This document shows positions 17,694-27,444 of a DNA stretch of 64,000 bases, in pieces. Where the stretch lies: contig JAVLKG010000004.1 in NCBI GenBank assembly GCA_032128875.1, positions 640,001 to 704,000 of the forward strand. Reading direction: 5' to 3'. Source of the stretch: Candidatus Melainabacteria bacterium 17Bon1m. Its GTDB lineage: Bacteria > Cyanobacteriota > Vampirovibrionia > Obscuribacterales > Obscuribacteraceae. The notes below the pieces were generated by a model, which had not been told where the DNA came from, ran no database searches, and worked only from the letters and a program-made list of their open reading frames with translations. Both the position numbers and the translations under genes were made by a program. The first letter of the stretch is position 1. Each line of letters begins with the position of its first letter.

Positions 17694-18203
17694 TTATTGC
17701 GATCTGGTAAGTTTCAAAATTTCTTTGCTGTAAGTAGGGTATGAAACGAGCAGCTCATCTCGTTTTCCATGCTCGTAATCAGCGAAATCAAACGCGGGAG
17801 CAACCGTGCAGCCGAGCAGTGCAAATGACCCACCTTCAGCTAGACAGGCCGCCTGCCAGCATCCGCCATGCACCACCGCCTGCGGTGCGGTACCGTCCGT
17901 CAAACTTGCACTGAGGACGTTTACTTGCAGCTGCCCATCTTGCTTTATAACGAAAAGCTCCACAGGATCGCCGGCGTAGAAATGCCAAATTTCATCGGAC
18001 GGAAGACGGTGAAAGGCCGAGAAAGTATCGTTGGAAAGCAAGAAATAAATGCAAGTCGAAACTGACTTTTGACTGCCGTGTCCGCTTTCAGCCATTTTTC
18101 TATCCGATCGATATGTCTCACGGAAATAGCCGCCTTCGAGCGGCAGCGGCTTAAGTCCCAGCTTCTCAATTAGCAATTCGGCGTCTTTTTTCGATGTTTT
18201 CAT
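17694..18203 (-). CDS. Cupin_5 (DUF985) family protein
   Basis: EGGYFRETYRS, IYFLL, FHRL.SDEIWHFYAGDP, CTVAPAFDFAD; ATG at 18203. Confidence 0.9.
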   Translation of the reverse strand: MKTSKKDAELLIEKLGLKPLPLEGGYFRETYRSDRKMAESGHGSQKSVSTCIYFLLSNDTFSAFHRLPSDEIWHFYAGDPVELFVIKQDGQLQVNVLSASLTDGTAPQAVVHGGCWQAACLAEGGSFALLGCTVAPAFDFADYEHGKRDELLVSYPTYSKEILKLTRSQ

Positions 18204-18312
18204 TGTGCAAAGAGAACATTCCCGACGCCTCAGGTTACGAAGAGGCAAGGGAAGGATTTGGCTAGTCTGTGTATGATACTTTGGTTCCGGACACATTTCA
18301 GAAATTGGAAAA

Positions 18313-19125
18313 ATGACAGAAAAGCTGACAGCCAAGAATTTAGGCGCTCTCAACGAATCAAACACCCTTTGGGCAAAAGCAAAAGCGTGTCTGCCGCACA
18401 AAGAGCGGATTGAAGCAGAATCGCTTTACAAGCAAGCTATCGACAAACGCATAGCCGCGATTGGCGAAGACGACTACTCTGTGAGCCAGCTACTTGACGA
18501 GCTAGGCGCGCTGTATTTAGAAATGGGTCGCGTTGAGCCGGCCCTGGAGCAATTCAAGAGAGCGGTTGCTCTTCTCGAAAAGAATTTTTATGCAGGTCAT
18601 TACTACCTTGGACCTGTTGTCGAACATCTTGGCGACTGTGCCGCCAAACAAGGCAAATGGGAAGAGGCCGAAACCCAATACAAACGCGCGCTCGATATCT
18701 TTGACAAAACCCTGAGCGGCGACCATCGCTTTGTGTTCATCACGATGCACAAATATGCGACCGCCCTTCGTCATCAGAGCAAATTTACCGAAGCCGAGAC
18801 CGTCGTCAACAAAGCATTGAAGACGATCGATTCTCCGCTCGGACCGGCTGAGGAATTTAGATTCGATCTGGCATTGCTTTACCAGGCACAAGATAAAAAT
18901 CCTGAAGCCGAAGCGCAATACAAGCTGGCTATCGAAGGTTTCCGTCAAAGACGCAACATGCCCAGATTGGGTACGTGCCTCGAGAGTTTTGCCGGGCTTC
19001 TGAAGAAAATGGGCAGAGAGAAAGACGCAAAAGCCATGAACGAGCTTGCCGAAAAATACGTCAAAGTTCAGCATGGTTATGAGGAATCCGAAGCGTTTTT
19101 CCCAAGCACGTTGCTGCGCGCCTGA
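18313..19125 (+). CDS. TPR protein
   Basis: Several TPR_12-like repeats, e.g. LDELGALYLEMGR and EEAETQYKRAL. Confidence 0.88.
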   Translation: MTEKLTAKNLGALNESNTLWAKAKACLPHKERIEAESLYKQAIDKRIAAIGEDDYSVSQLLDELGALYLEMGRVEPALEQFKRAVALLEKNFYAGHYYLGPVVEHLGDCAAKQGKWEEAETQYKRALDIFDKTLSGDHRFVFITMHKYATALRHQSKFTEAETVVNKALKTIDSPLGPAEEFRFDLALLYQAQDKNPEAEAQYKLAIEGFRQRRNMPRLGTCLESFAGLLKKMGREKDAKAMNELAEKYVKVQHGYEESEAFFPSTLLRA

Positions 19126-19454
19126 TAAAAACAGTTCGAATTCTTTCAATACTGCCAGCGACTTATCTGCGACATGCCTTAAGACTGGCAAAGCGGTCAT
19201 CGTTTTGATTTAGCCTATTCAACTCTCGACGCTGCGCGCGTTTGATAGTTTTCTTCAACCTTGCAATTACCTTGTTGAAAAACTGTTGACACCCAAACTA
19301 GACTTAATTTTTTCCGTTTGGCAAAAAACTTTTATTTTCCAAAACCTTTACTGCATGCGCTTTTACGGAAACATGATGCAGAGATTTGGAATTTAGTCCC
19401 CCCGTGGGGTGATTTCTTGGGGCGTCGAAATGGGAGTATGTTGTTAATAAGGGG

Positions 19455-19772
19455 GTGACGAAACTGCGAAGTGCAGAGTCGTCGAGCATCGCTATGGCAA
19501 AAGATTTGAACTTACACGAAAGACTAATTTCCGAACTCGGTGTGGTACTGCAAGAGCGCCGAGCTCGCTTACACATGTCGCAAAGCGACCTTGCAGAATC
19601 AAGTCGTTTTCATCGCTCGTATATAAGTGACGTAGAAAGGGGAGCACGGAATATTTCCGTGAAAAACCTCAGCCGTCTTGCATTGGCTCTAGACATTCCA
19701 GTCTCGACCATCCTGGTGCAAGTAGAAAAACGGCTATCGACGAAGACTGGACGAACTCGAAAACGCGCTTAG
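19455..19772 (+). CDS. XRE-family HTH transcriptional regulator
   Basis: RRARLHMSQSDLAE..HRSYISDVERGARNISVKNL.RLA.AL; alternative start at 19494. Confidence 0.92.
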   Translation: MTKLRSAESSSIAMAKDLNLHERLISELGVVLQERRARLHMSQSDLAESSRFHRSYISDVERGARNISVKNLSRLALALDIPVSTILVQVEKRLSTKTGRTRKRA

Positions 19773-19780
19773 GAAAGACT

Positions 19781-19823
19781 CGAAAAAATATCAGTCGCGA
19801 TTCGGCGATCTGATATTTTTTCG
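19781..19823. terminator. Bidirectional terminator
   Basis: CGAAAAAATATCAG...CTGATATTTTTTCG inverted repeat between convergent genes. Confidence 0.8.
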
Positions 19824-19871
19824 GCAGCATTAGTAACCCGCATTTGCGGTGCCACTGTTCTTAGTGGCAGA

Positions 19872-20987
19872 TCAATATTGTTCGATTGAAAAACTCACAG
19901 GGCTCTCTGCTGCCCTGTAGAGAGCTGATTCAGCATTGTCTGCTGGTTTTAGCAGCCCTGTTGCAACTTGGATCAACTCGCCTGGTCCTATGGACGAGCC
20001 TTTGATATTTGCAGGTCCACTGATTTTCATCGGATCACAGATCTCGACGGCAAAATCTTGCAATCCGGAATTCTTGAAGAAAGCCTCTGCGTTGACCACG
20101 CGAGACATCATGCCGTGCTTCACTGTCACTTTGGCCGGAGGATATGAAACTCCAAGTTTCAACAGTGGCTCCATATCAGCCATGACCCATTTTGCGCTGT
20201 CAAATGCAAGTTGCCCGCAATTTTTGATAAGCGCCAAACCATCATGAAATGCCGCTTCCGTAAGATAAGCCCATTCAACAACTTCTAACGTTCTATCTTT
20301 CGGATCTTGCAGATTCCATATCATGTACCCATCGTCGTGAAGATAAAGTACAAACTGGCGCTCCGGACGTGCTAGTTGGCGCTCCCAGCGAGCAGTGTTT
20401 CGCTCCAAACTCAAATTGGACATTTTTGTCCATCGCTGATGAACAGGCATCAAAGCCTCGTAGTCGCTCAGCTTCACAGGCTTGAACCGGCTGCTCTCGC
20501 CGACTGTAGGAATTGAATCGATTTTCTGCGTTATTTCGTACTGCAAATCAGTGACTGCATATCCCATCTTCTCGTAGAAGGGATATGAGAAAGGCCAGAG
20601 TGCTGAAATCTCGACTTTCTCTTCATTCAACCTTTTCAGCACATCTCGAAGAACCTCACGCACCAAGCCTTTCTTACGCATCGGAGGACTGCAAGCAACG
20701 CCGGCGATACCACCGCATTTGAGCACACGTCCATTGAAATTAATATCGAACATAATGACTGTGGCAAGCGCATGCGGGTAATCATCAACAAAAGCGCCGA
20801 CAGCGAAATCACTCACTTCAAATGCAAAACGCTTCCATCGCTCTTCGTCAGTAAAACCAAACGCCGTTTTCCAAGTTTCGACCGCATACAAAAAATCTCC
20901 CGTCTCGACAGTCCGAATAACGGCGTCAATATCTCCAACGCGTGTAAATTTCGAACCAAGATTTGTCGCCATGGACGGCTTCGTCAT
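19872..20987 (-). CDS. Eis-like GNAT acetyltransferase
   Basis: GGIAGVACSPPMRKKGL, SALWPFSYPFYEKMGY, C-terminal MMSRVVNAE. Confidence 0.88.
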   Translation of the reverse strand: MTKPSMATNLGSKFTRVGDIDAVIRTVETGDFLYAVETWKTAFGFTDEERWKRFAFEVSDFAVGAFVDDYPHALATVIMFDINFNGRVLKCGGIAGVACSPPMRKKGLVREVLRDVLKRLNEEKVEISALWPFSYPFYEKMGYAVTDLQYEITQKIDSIPTVGESSRFKPVKLSDYEALMPVHQRWTKMSNLSLERNTARWERQLARPERQFVLYLHDDGYMIWNLQDPKDRTLEVVEWAYLTEAAFHDGLALIKNCGQLAFDSAKWVMADMEPLLKLGVSYPPAKVTVKHGMMSRVVNAEAFFKNSGLQDFAVEICDPMKISGPANIKGSSIGPGELIQVATGLLKPADNAESALYRAAESPVSFSIEQY

Positions 20988-21082
20988 CAGAACCTCTGGC
21001 TTTACCGATAAAGTTTTAGGACATCATTATATAACCGCCTTCCACCCGGGTATAAAATCGGCGGTTGCACTTGGAGAAATTT

Positions 21083-21814
21083 GTGTCTGACGATAAAAAA
21101 GCAAAAGAAGCGGAGTTTTATCGTCGTATTGCCGAGCTGCGCAGCAAAAACAATCAGTTTCCGTGGACCAGCGGCGAAATTCCCATTTTCGAGCTGCCCA
21201 AAGAGCAAACGAAGCTTCATGCGGACGCTGAAGCCGAAGACAGCCACATGTCCCTCGACGAGATTGAACGGCGAGTGCTGATGGATCTCGTTGCTCCGAC
21301 ATACAACTTTCGAACATTCTACAAAAGACTGAATTACGAACTGAAGCGCGCCAACCGGTACGACCGAGCCCTTTCGCTTCTCGTGGTCGCAATTGATGGA
21401 CTCACCGACATCGGCAAATCCAGAGGCATGGAAGTGCACGACAATATTGTCGCCGCAGGTGCTGCAGTAATGCTCACTTCCATTCGCGATATCGACTTGA
21501 TTGGCCGCTGCAGAGAAGATGCATTCGGCATCATCCTTCCGGAAACCCCACGGTCAGGGGCAGAAGTTGCCGCTGAGCGCATTCGAACCAGACTTGAAAA
21601 TTATGAAGTAGTCATCAAAGGACGCAGCTATTTAGTAAGCGTCAGCATCGGCGTGTCATGTTTTTCAGGAAGACCGCTCGTAGACAGCGGTTATGGACAA
21701 GGTCCATCCGTCGAAGACGTTTTCGCATGTGCCGCCGAAGCAGTCATGTTCCGCATGTCCAACGGTGGCAATGGCATTACATTCGCCGACGAACTCGATA
21801 TGTCGAGACGCTGA
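21083..21814 (+). CDS. Degenerate GGDEF-domain protein with intact RxxD I-site
   Basis: YNFRTF..ELKRANRY; RDID-LIGRC-REDAF replaces RxxD-x5-GGDEF; VSVSIGV. GTG at 21083 follows GGAG. Confidence 0.85.
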   Translation: MSDDKKAKEAEFYRRIAELRSKNNQFPWTSGEIPIFELPKEQTKLHADAEAEDSHMSLDEIERRVLMDLVAPTYNFRTFYKRLNYELKRANRYDRALSLLVVAIDGLTDIGKSRGMEVHDNIVAAGAAVMLTSIRDIDLIGRCREDAFGIILPETPRSGAEVAAERIRTRLENYEVVIKGRSYLVSVSIGVSCFSGRPLVDSGYGQGPSVEDVFACAAEAVMFRMSNGGNGITFADELDMSRR

Positions 21815-21834
21815 GCGAAGGTTCAAAACCTGTG

Positions 21835-24800
21835 CTATTTGCCTATCTCGACTAGCGCTTCTTCAAAGCTCAAGCGTCCACTGCGAACAGCGCCAAGAAC
21901 ATAAATCGCCTGCTCATTTGTCAGATAGCGACTGCGCGTCAGTCCCTGACAGCGAACAACCACATCCAACGTGTCGTCATTGACAAGCCCTAGAGCCATC
22001 AAAAGATCGGGAGCCATCGAAGCATCTTCCAAAGCTTTCTCTAAAGCAGAAGCAATATCTTTCTTGCTGAAGAAACCCGACATGGTGAGAAGCTCAACAA
22101 TTGTGGCGTCCGCTTGGGGTTGCGGAGGAAGGGGCGGTGGAGGCGTGTAAGTTACAGGCGTAGCCGGGGCTCCACGATGTTCGACAATATATGCCAACTC
22201 CGCTTGAGCTTCTGCAATTTCCAGTGGAACAGGCAAGAGATTGCTGACGGATACGGAAACAGCACGCTGCTTGATGGAAGCCATCTTCGATTGCGTGTTG
22301 CTTGCCTTTCCGCCAGGACCGACTGGCATCAACTCACCGATTTGAGCACTGGCATCCAGTCCTGCTTGAGCGGCAGGAACGAGATCTTCGATGAAATCAG
22401 GTACGCCGGCTCCGCCCTTCTTGCCGAACATAGTTGCAGGATGGGCTTGATTCTTTTGAGTAGTCCAAGACGGCATTGCCTCTGCTTCTTTTATGCTCTG
22501 CAAGCCGGTTTGAGATTTTCCAGCTTGTCCTTTCTTGCCCTTTGCAGGTTGCTTGGAAAGTTTGTTTTGTGATTGCGAGGCTTTACTTTTACCCTTCTTA
22601 CCTTTTGCAGGTGCAGCTTCCTTTTTGTCATCAGCCGAATCGCTGTCATCTTCTGCAAGAAGTGTGAGTGCTTCGGAAGGTGTGATCGCAAACAAACGAC
22701 CAGTGTCACTTGGAGCATAGTCGGACTTGAGCGAAATCTTGGTACCTTTTCCAAATCCTGCAATATGCCCAGGACGACCTGTTTCGATCGGCATGGAAAT
22801 AGGCATGGAAATCGGCAAGCCGACTGGCTTCTGTATCGACTTGGTAGCAGGAGCTTCGGCAACTGGCGCAGGGGCTTGTGCTGGAACCGTTTGTTCTTCC
22901 GTTGGTGCTTCTTCAACCTTATCTTGAACTTTTTCTGGTTCTAACTCAGATTTTGCTTCCGCTTCAGCATTTGCTTCTGCATCTACTCTTGTTTCTACTT
23001 TTGCTTCCGATTTTGACTCGGTCTCTAATTGCTCTGTCTTTTCAGACTTCTCGCTCGTCTCGTCCGCGTCATTCCTTAATTGCTCAACGGGCTTGTTGAA
23101 AGGCGCAGGCAATTCGAGATCGAATTCCATTTTGAAATTCGGCTCGTCATCGTCGTCTTCCTCTTCAGCGTCTTTGGCAAGGTCGAGAAGCTCTTTCTCG
23201 GGTGGCATTTCAGCTTCTTCGCGTTGCGACGGCTGGAAGTCATGCGACGGTGCTGCGGGTGAAGCAGTGGACGGCGTTTCTGAAACCGGCGGCGAAGCAA
23301 ATGCAGGGTTTGACTGCTCTGGTTGTGATTCGGGTCCTTTAGATACAGGCAAACTGCCGCCAGGAGTTGACGAACCTGCAGGAGAGCCAGATGGGGCACC
23401 AAATGGATTTCTCATCTCGGAAGATGGTCTAGATGTAGCCGATGTCGAGAGCGGAGCGGCTTCCGGTCTGGATGGAACCAATGGTACCGGCTCCGACTTT
23501 TGCTGAGAAGCTGGTTCTTGCCTTGCGGTGTCAGCCTCAGAGTCCAGCGACGTGATCTGAGGTTGCCCCCACGACAGCTTTCTTGGAGACGGAAGGTCTG
23601 CAGCGGCATCGCCACCTTTCGGAGCGGCCCAACCCAAACGCGATGCCAGTTGAGCAGCCGCATTCTTAAGTTGACCAGGATCTTTGGAAACGTCCTCAGC
23701 TCTGACAGGCTCTAATGCAGGCACAGGCTGTGAGGCTGGAAGCGGCGGAGCGGCAGGAGGAGCCGGGGTTGGGGAAGTAGGAGGTGGGACAGTCGCTGCC
23801 GGTGCGGACGAAGCAGATACTGGAGCTTGAGACGAAGGAAATTCCTGTGCTGCTGAAACTGCATTGTGAACGGTTTCAGCCTGATGCTGATGTTGTGCTT
23901 GAGGGGTTGAGGAAGATGGCGGCGCTGAGTGGTGCGGCACAGGGGCTGCGTGCTGTTGATGAACAGGCTGCTGCGGCGGCGTCTGATGCTGATGCTGCAT
24001 TTGCTGCTGTTGTTGCAGTTGAGCGTGCAAATTTGACGCTTGCTGCGGCATTTGCTGAGGAGGCATCGGAGCATTCTGCGCAGGCATATTCCAATTCGGT
24101 GGCGGTGGCGCACCCTGAGGAGGCATTTGCTGCGGATAGCCGGGAGGAGGAGCGTAGCCTTCGGGAGGCATAGACGGTGGCTGCGGAAAGCCTGGCAATG
24201 GCACTCCCAAGCCATGATGGCGTGGAACACTTCCGTGCCAACTTCCCCAAGGGTCGTCGGGAGCAGGCCCACCGTAGGGCGCATGCCCATAGGGTGTGTT
24301 GTAACCATAAATAGGTGCTGGCATCTGCTGCGGCATTGGTTGCTGCATTTGCGGAGGCATTGGTTGCTGCATTTGCTGAGGCATCGGTTGCTGCATTTGC
24401 GGAGGCATCGGCTGTTGCATTTGCGGCGGCATCGGCTGTTGCATTTGCTGCGGCATTGGCTGCTGCATTTGAGGCGGCATCTGCATCGGTTGAGTTTGCT
24501 GATGCTGCATCGGATGCCCTTGCGGCTGCTGATGATGCTGCTGTTGATCTTGAAAATATTGCTGTTGCAATTGAGCATGCAACTGAGAAGGCTGATGCTG
24601 CGGCGGCGCATGAACAGGAACTTGTTGCGGCGGCTGCTGTTGATAGGGATGAGGATGAGGCTGCTGTTGATGCTGTTGATGTTGTTGCTGGTGGTGCAGC
24701 TGCTGGTGTTGCGGCTGTGGACGAGGACCTTCCAGAGTATCTCTCAGAGTACTCATAACGGACGAAGGTTTGAGCGGCTGCTCTGTCGCGTAGTCAGTAC

Positions 24801-25374
24801 GCTTCATGGCGGCTTCAGCCTTCGACCAAATCTTCATCGCCGCTTTCAATTCTTCGATTGCAGCATCGCGCGGGAGAATTCCGTCACGAATTTGCTCCTG
24901 AGCACGAAGCACAGTGGGCAAAAGCGAGGCGTGGATAATGCCTTGTGTTACGAGCGTGCCGCCAAGAGGAAGCCCAGTTTCAACACTTGCCTTCAAAGCG
25001 GCATTGAGCTGATCGGTACTGATGATATCTGCATCTACCAACAATTCTCCGAGCCTGTTGGTCGAACCCTTGGCTTGGGGATGGCGGTCCATGCGCTTGA
25101 GCGCTTCATGAATCGGCTGGCGGTCGCGTGCTGCAACTGCCAAAGCCTCAATGCCTACATCCGGAGGAACCAGCCCGTCACGAATAATTGACTGTGCTTC
25201 GAGCGCCAACTGGAAGATGTCCGGCGAAATTCTGCCGTCCATGGTCAAAACACGCCCCATCGGCATGCCCAGTCTTCTGGAGACTGCCATGGCTTCTGTC
25301 AGATCGCCCGAAGAAATCAGCCCACTCCTGACCAGCAAGTCGCCGATCATTATGTTCTTTTCGTCGTCAGACAT
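21835..25374 (-). CDS. Large protein with MshEN-like repeats and a Q/P-rich disordered linker
   Basis: IGDLLVRSGLISSGDLTEA, RLGELLVDADIISTDQLNAAL, C-terminal IVELLTMSGFFS; long central low-complexity region. Confidence 0.85.
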   Translation of the reverse strand: MSDDEKNIMIGDLLVRSGLISSGDLTEAMAVSRRLGMPMGRVLTMDGRISPDIFQLALEAQSIIRDGLVPPDVGIEALAVAARDRQPIHEALKRMDRHPQAKGSTNRLGELLVDADIISTDQLNAALKASVETGLPLGGTLVTQGIIHASLLPTVLRAQEQIRDGILPRDAAIEELKAAMKIWSKAEAAMKRTDYATEQPLKPSSVMSTLRDTLEGPRPQPQHQQLHHQQQHQQHQQQPHPHPYQQQPPQQVPVHAPPQHQPSQLHAQLQQQYFQDQQQHHQQPQGHPMQHQQTQPMQMPPQMQQPMPQQMQQPMPPQMQQPMPPQMQQPMPQQMQQPMPPQMQQPMPQQMPAPIYGYNTPYGHAPYGGPAPDDPWGSWHGSVPRHHGLGVPLPGFPQPPSMPPEGYAPPPGYPQQMPPQGAPPPPNWNMPAQNAPMPPQQMPQQASNLHAQLQQQQQMQHQHQTPPQQPVHQQHAAPVPHHSAPPSSSTPQAQHQHQAETVHNAVSAAQEFPSSQAPVSASSAPAATVPPPTSPTPAPPAAPPLPASQPVPALEPVRAEDVSKDPGQLKNAAAQLASRLGWAAPKGGDAAADLPSPRKLSWGQPQITSLDSEADTARQEPASQQKSEPVPLVPSRPEAAPLSTSATSRPSSEMRNPFGAPSGSPAGSSTPGGSLPVSKGPESQPEQSNPAFASPPVSETPSTASPAAPSHDFQPSQREEAEMPPEKELLDLAKDAEEEDDDDEPNFKMEFDLELPAPFNKPVEQLRNDADETSEKSEKTEQLETESKSEAKVETRVDAEANAEAEAKSELEPEKVQDKVEEAPTEEQTVPAQAPAPVAEAPATKSIQKPVGLPISMPISMPIETGRPGHIAGFGKGTKISLKSDYAPSDTGRLFAITPSEALTLLAEDDSDSADDKKEAAPAKGKKGKSKASQSQNKLSKQPAKGKKGQAGKSQTGLQSIKEAEAMPSWTTQKNQAHPATMFGKKGGAGVPDFIEDLVPAAQAGLDASAQIGELMPVGPGGKASNTQSKMASIKQRAVSVSVSNLLPVPLEIAEAQAELAYIVEHRGAPATPVTYTPPPPLPPQPQADATIVELLTMSGFFSKKDIASALEKALEDASMAPDLLMALGLVNDDTLDVVVRCQGLTRSRYLTNEQAIYVLGAVRSGRLSFEEALVEIGK
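24319..24480 (-). repeat. Coding 24-bp tandem repeat, MP[P/Q]QMQQP x6 plus a partial unit
   Basis: Read directly in the DNA and in the protein. Confidence 0.9.
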
Positions 25375-25668
25375 TCGGGTTCCCCTTAAAACAGCGCCGG
25401 AGGTTCAAAACCTCAATTCAGAACAGGACCGCCGCCAGCAGTCTCTCTAATTGTTTGTACCCTTCCTATTCTCTATCTAAATGCTTTTTTTTCCCAATCC
25501 CCCATACGGGTTACGAAAAAGAAAGAAATTCGGGGCGTTGTGCGACGATTGAGCGGATTGCCATAGCCAGTTAAGCATGTATCCAATTGAACACATAAAC
25601 GCCCGACGGAACCATTGATTACTGAGTTCTGCTGATTTATGACAGTCAATGCCACCGCATGCAGTGCA

Positions 25669-26553
25669 TTATCTCAAAATCGAAACACCGCTCAAAAGAA
25701 AATCTATGGCACGGACATCCACAGTATTGCCAGCCAGCTTGAGTTTTGCCTGAGTAGAAAGTTCTTCAGGAAAGGAGAAATCGGATGAAAAACCCATTAA
25801 CGCGACTATTTCTTCAGGCGAAAAACGTCTGATTTGCTGGTCATCGACGGCAATGAAGGTGCCGCTTGATTTAAAGCTCTTCCAGTAGCCACTGGTAAAA
25901 CAAATCGCATACGCGTCTTGATCGCACGGATTGATGATATGCAAGGAAGGGGCATACCTCTCGAAGTCTTTCCGAGAAACGATTAGCTCAGTGTCGTATG
26001 TTTCCCTTATAAAATTAGTGAGGCTTTTTACTTCGACTTTCTGAAGCGCAGGGGGCTCAAAAGTAACACCATCAGTGGTGGCGACGAGATAAAGGCGAGG
26101 ACGGCGCATTTTTAGACCGAAATCAGTCGGGGAAAGCTCTAGAAAATGACTGTGGTAGCCTAATTCGCCTAAGGTTCGCTCCACCAGCCGATGAGCATCT
26201 GAGTCTTTAAATCCAACAACATTTTCCAGCATCAACACTTTGGGTTTATGCTGCCTCAAATGGTCGAAAAGATTGATTAAAGATCGCGCACGTGGGTCTG
26301 CCAGCCCCTTCTGATTGCCTCTTACGGAATAAGGTTGGCACGGAGGACTCATCCACCACATGTCCGCCTGTGGAAGTTCGGACGACACAATCGTGTCTAA
26401 ATTGCGAGATCTTGGCTTCATGCCGTGATTAAGCTCATAGGTGGCATTGGCGCGCGGGTCTTGATCGAAGGCTGCGACTACCTCGATATTGCGCTTAGCG
26501 GCTGCTTCTGCGAATGCTCCAATGCCGGAGAACAACTCTAGCGCTTTGATCAT
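25669..26553 (-). CDS. C5-cytosine methyltransferase, Dnmt2/TRDMT1-like
   Basis: FSGIG, SPPCQPY, ENV, RPRLY; Dnmt2 signature CFTSGY; C-terminal RRFSPEEI..LMGF...F.FP...GN. Confidence 0.88.
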   Translation of the reverse strand: MIKALELFSGIGAFAEAAAKRNIEVVAAFDQDPRANATYELNHGMKPRSRNLDTIVSSELPQADMWWMSPPCQPYSVRGNQKGLADPRARSLINLFDHLRQHKPKVLMLENVVGFKDSDAHRLVERTLGELGYHSHFLELSPTDFGLKMRRPRLYLVATTDGVTFEPPALQKVEVKSLTNFIRETYDTELIVSRKDFERYAPSLHIINPCDQDAYAICFTSGYWKSFKSSGTFIAVDDQQIRRFSPEEIVALMGFSSDFSFPEELSTQAKLKLAGNTVDVRAIDFLLSGVSILR

Positions 26554-26571
26554 TGAAAGTGATTTATTGGC

Positions 26572-27444
26572 TTAAAGAACAATTTTTTCTGGAGAATAAG
26601 TAACTGATGAAGTCTCCTTCAGCAGGTCTTCCATCGTCGGTATCTCAGTCATCGTAGGCTTTTTGCCTTCAGGATAATCGAGGCGGAAAATCTTGGCGTT
26701 GGTAATGGACTTGTCCACGCCTGCATAGACCATCAGATAGACTTTCTTTCCTTCCCATCCGGCACCGAGAGAGCCTCCCGGCCCACCCATGCAATCAATC
26801 CAGCGCAGCGTCTTGCCTTCGACTGCAACCACCGGAAACTTCTTTTTCCATTCGGCGAAAGGCTCTTTACTTGAATAATGCCATTCGCGGCCGATCGTAT
26901 CGTTTTCGATCACATAGTTTTTGAAAACAATCGGCTCCTTAGCTTTCGGGTCCATCAGACCCGTCGCCATCGAACCATAGCAGCACTTCTTCAAGTCGCC
27001 AGCAAACAAAATTTCCGGCTCGTATTTGTAGTAGAGATACACAAAGCCACAGGACTCCCCACCCAGATTTCCGTTGTCGTTGGTCTCCGGATAAGTCATG
27101 TTGGGTGCGTCATTGAAGTTACCCCGGGGTTGCGTATGAAAGCGCAAACCTCCTTTTGTCCAGCCGGACGTAAGAACATTGATTGACTCCACCTTGGAGT
27201 CTTCGCCTACCGGCGGCTTTTTCAACGGCAACTTATTGGTGAATTCTTCCGGCTTCCAACCCTCCCCTTCTGCATCGCTGAAAGGGTGAAACGGTGAAAA
27301 ACGAACCGGTGCTTCTGGTGACGCAAAGTAATCGTCTTTGGTTGTAGCGGTCCTGTCACCGAAGTCGGCGCAGCCGGTAAGAAAAGTGGTGGAAAAAATT
27401 GCAGTGACCAATAATCCGCATAGCTGCACGGGCAATTTTTTCAT
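26572..27444 (-). CDS. Hypothetical lipoprotein
   Basis: Lipobox FLTG-C after a basic and hydrophobic N-terminus; lies 18 bp upstream of the methyltransferase. Confidence 0.75.
   Translation of the reverse strand: MKKLPVQLCGLLVTAIFSTTFLTGCADFGDRTATTKDDYFASPEAPVRFSPFHPFSDAEGEGWKPEEFTNKLPLKKPPVGEDSKVESINVLTSGWTKGGLRFHTQPRGNFNDAPNMTYPETNDNGNLGGESCGFVYLYYKYEPEILFAGDLKKCCYGSMATGLMDPKAKEPIVFKNYVIENDTIGREWHYSSKEPFAEWKKKFPVVAVEGKTLRWIDCMGGPGGSLGAGWEGKKVYLMVYAGVDKSITNAKIFRLDYPEGKKPTMTEIPTMEDLLKETSSVTYSPEKIVL

Noticed and set aside
18204-18401. N-terminal extension of the cupin ORF in the ORF track
   Set aside because: It overlaps the divergent TPR gene; family similarity starts at the ATG at 18203
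18517-19200. 227-aa minus-strand ORF
   Set aside because: Antisense to a clear TPR gene
19850-19874. Hairpin right after the TGA of the Eis-like gene as a SECIS
   Set aside because: It starts 2 nt after the stop, the AAGAAC loop is unlike the SECIS apex, and there is no Cys/Gly context; more likely terminator-associated
22544-22552. Another GCAGGTTGC 9-mer
   Set aside because: Antisense inside a CDS, with no extended GC-rich stem like the two candidate SECIS hairpins
24319-24480. Regular repeats considered as a CRISPR array
   Set aside because: Contiguous in-frame 24-bp units with no spacers, and no cas genes in the window
24040-25191. 383-aa plus-strand ORF with LLHLRRHW repeats, and other overlapping ORFs here
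   Set aside because: Antisense shadow of the Q/P-rich repeat region in the 1179-aa gene
25669-27444. Restriction-modification system
   Set aside because: The neighbour is a lipoprotein, no endonuclease is recognisable, and the MTase has Dnmt2 hallmarks
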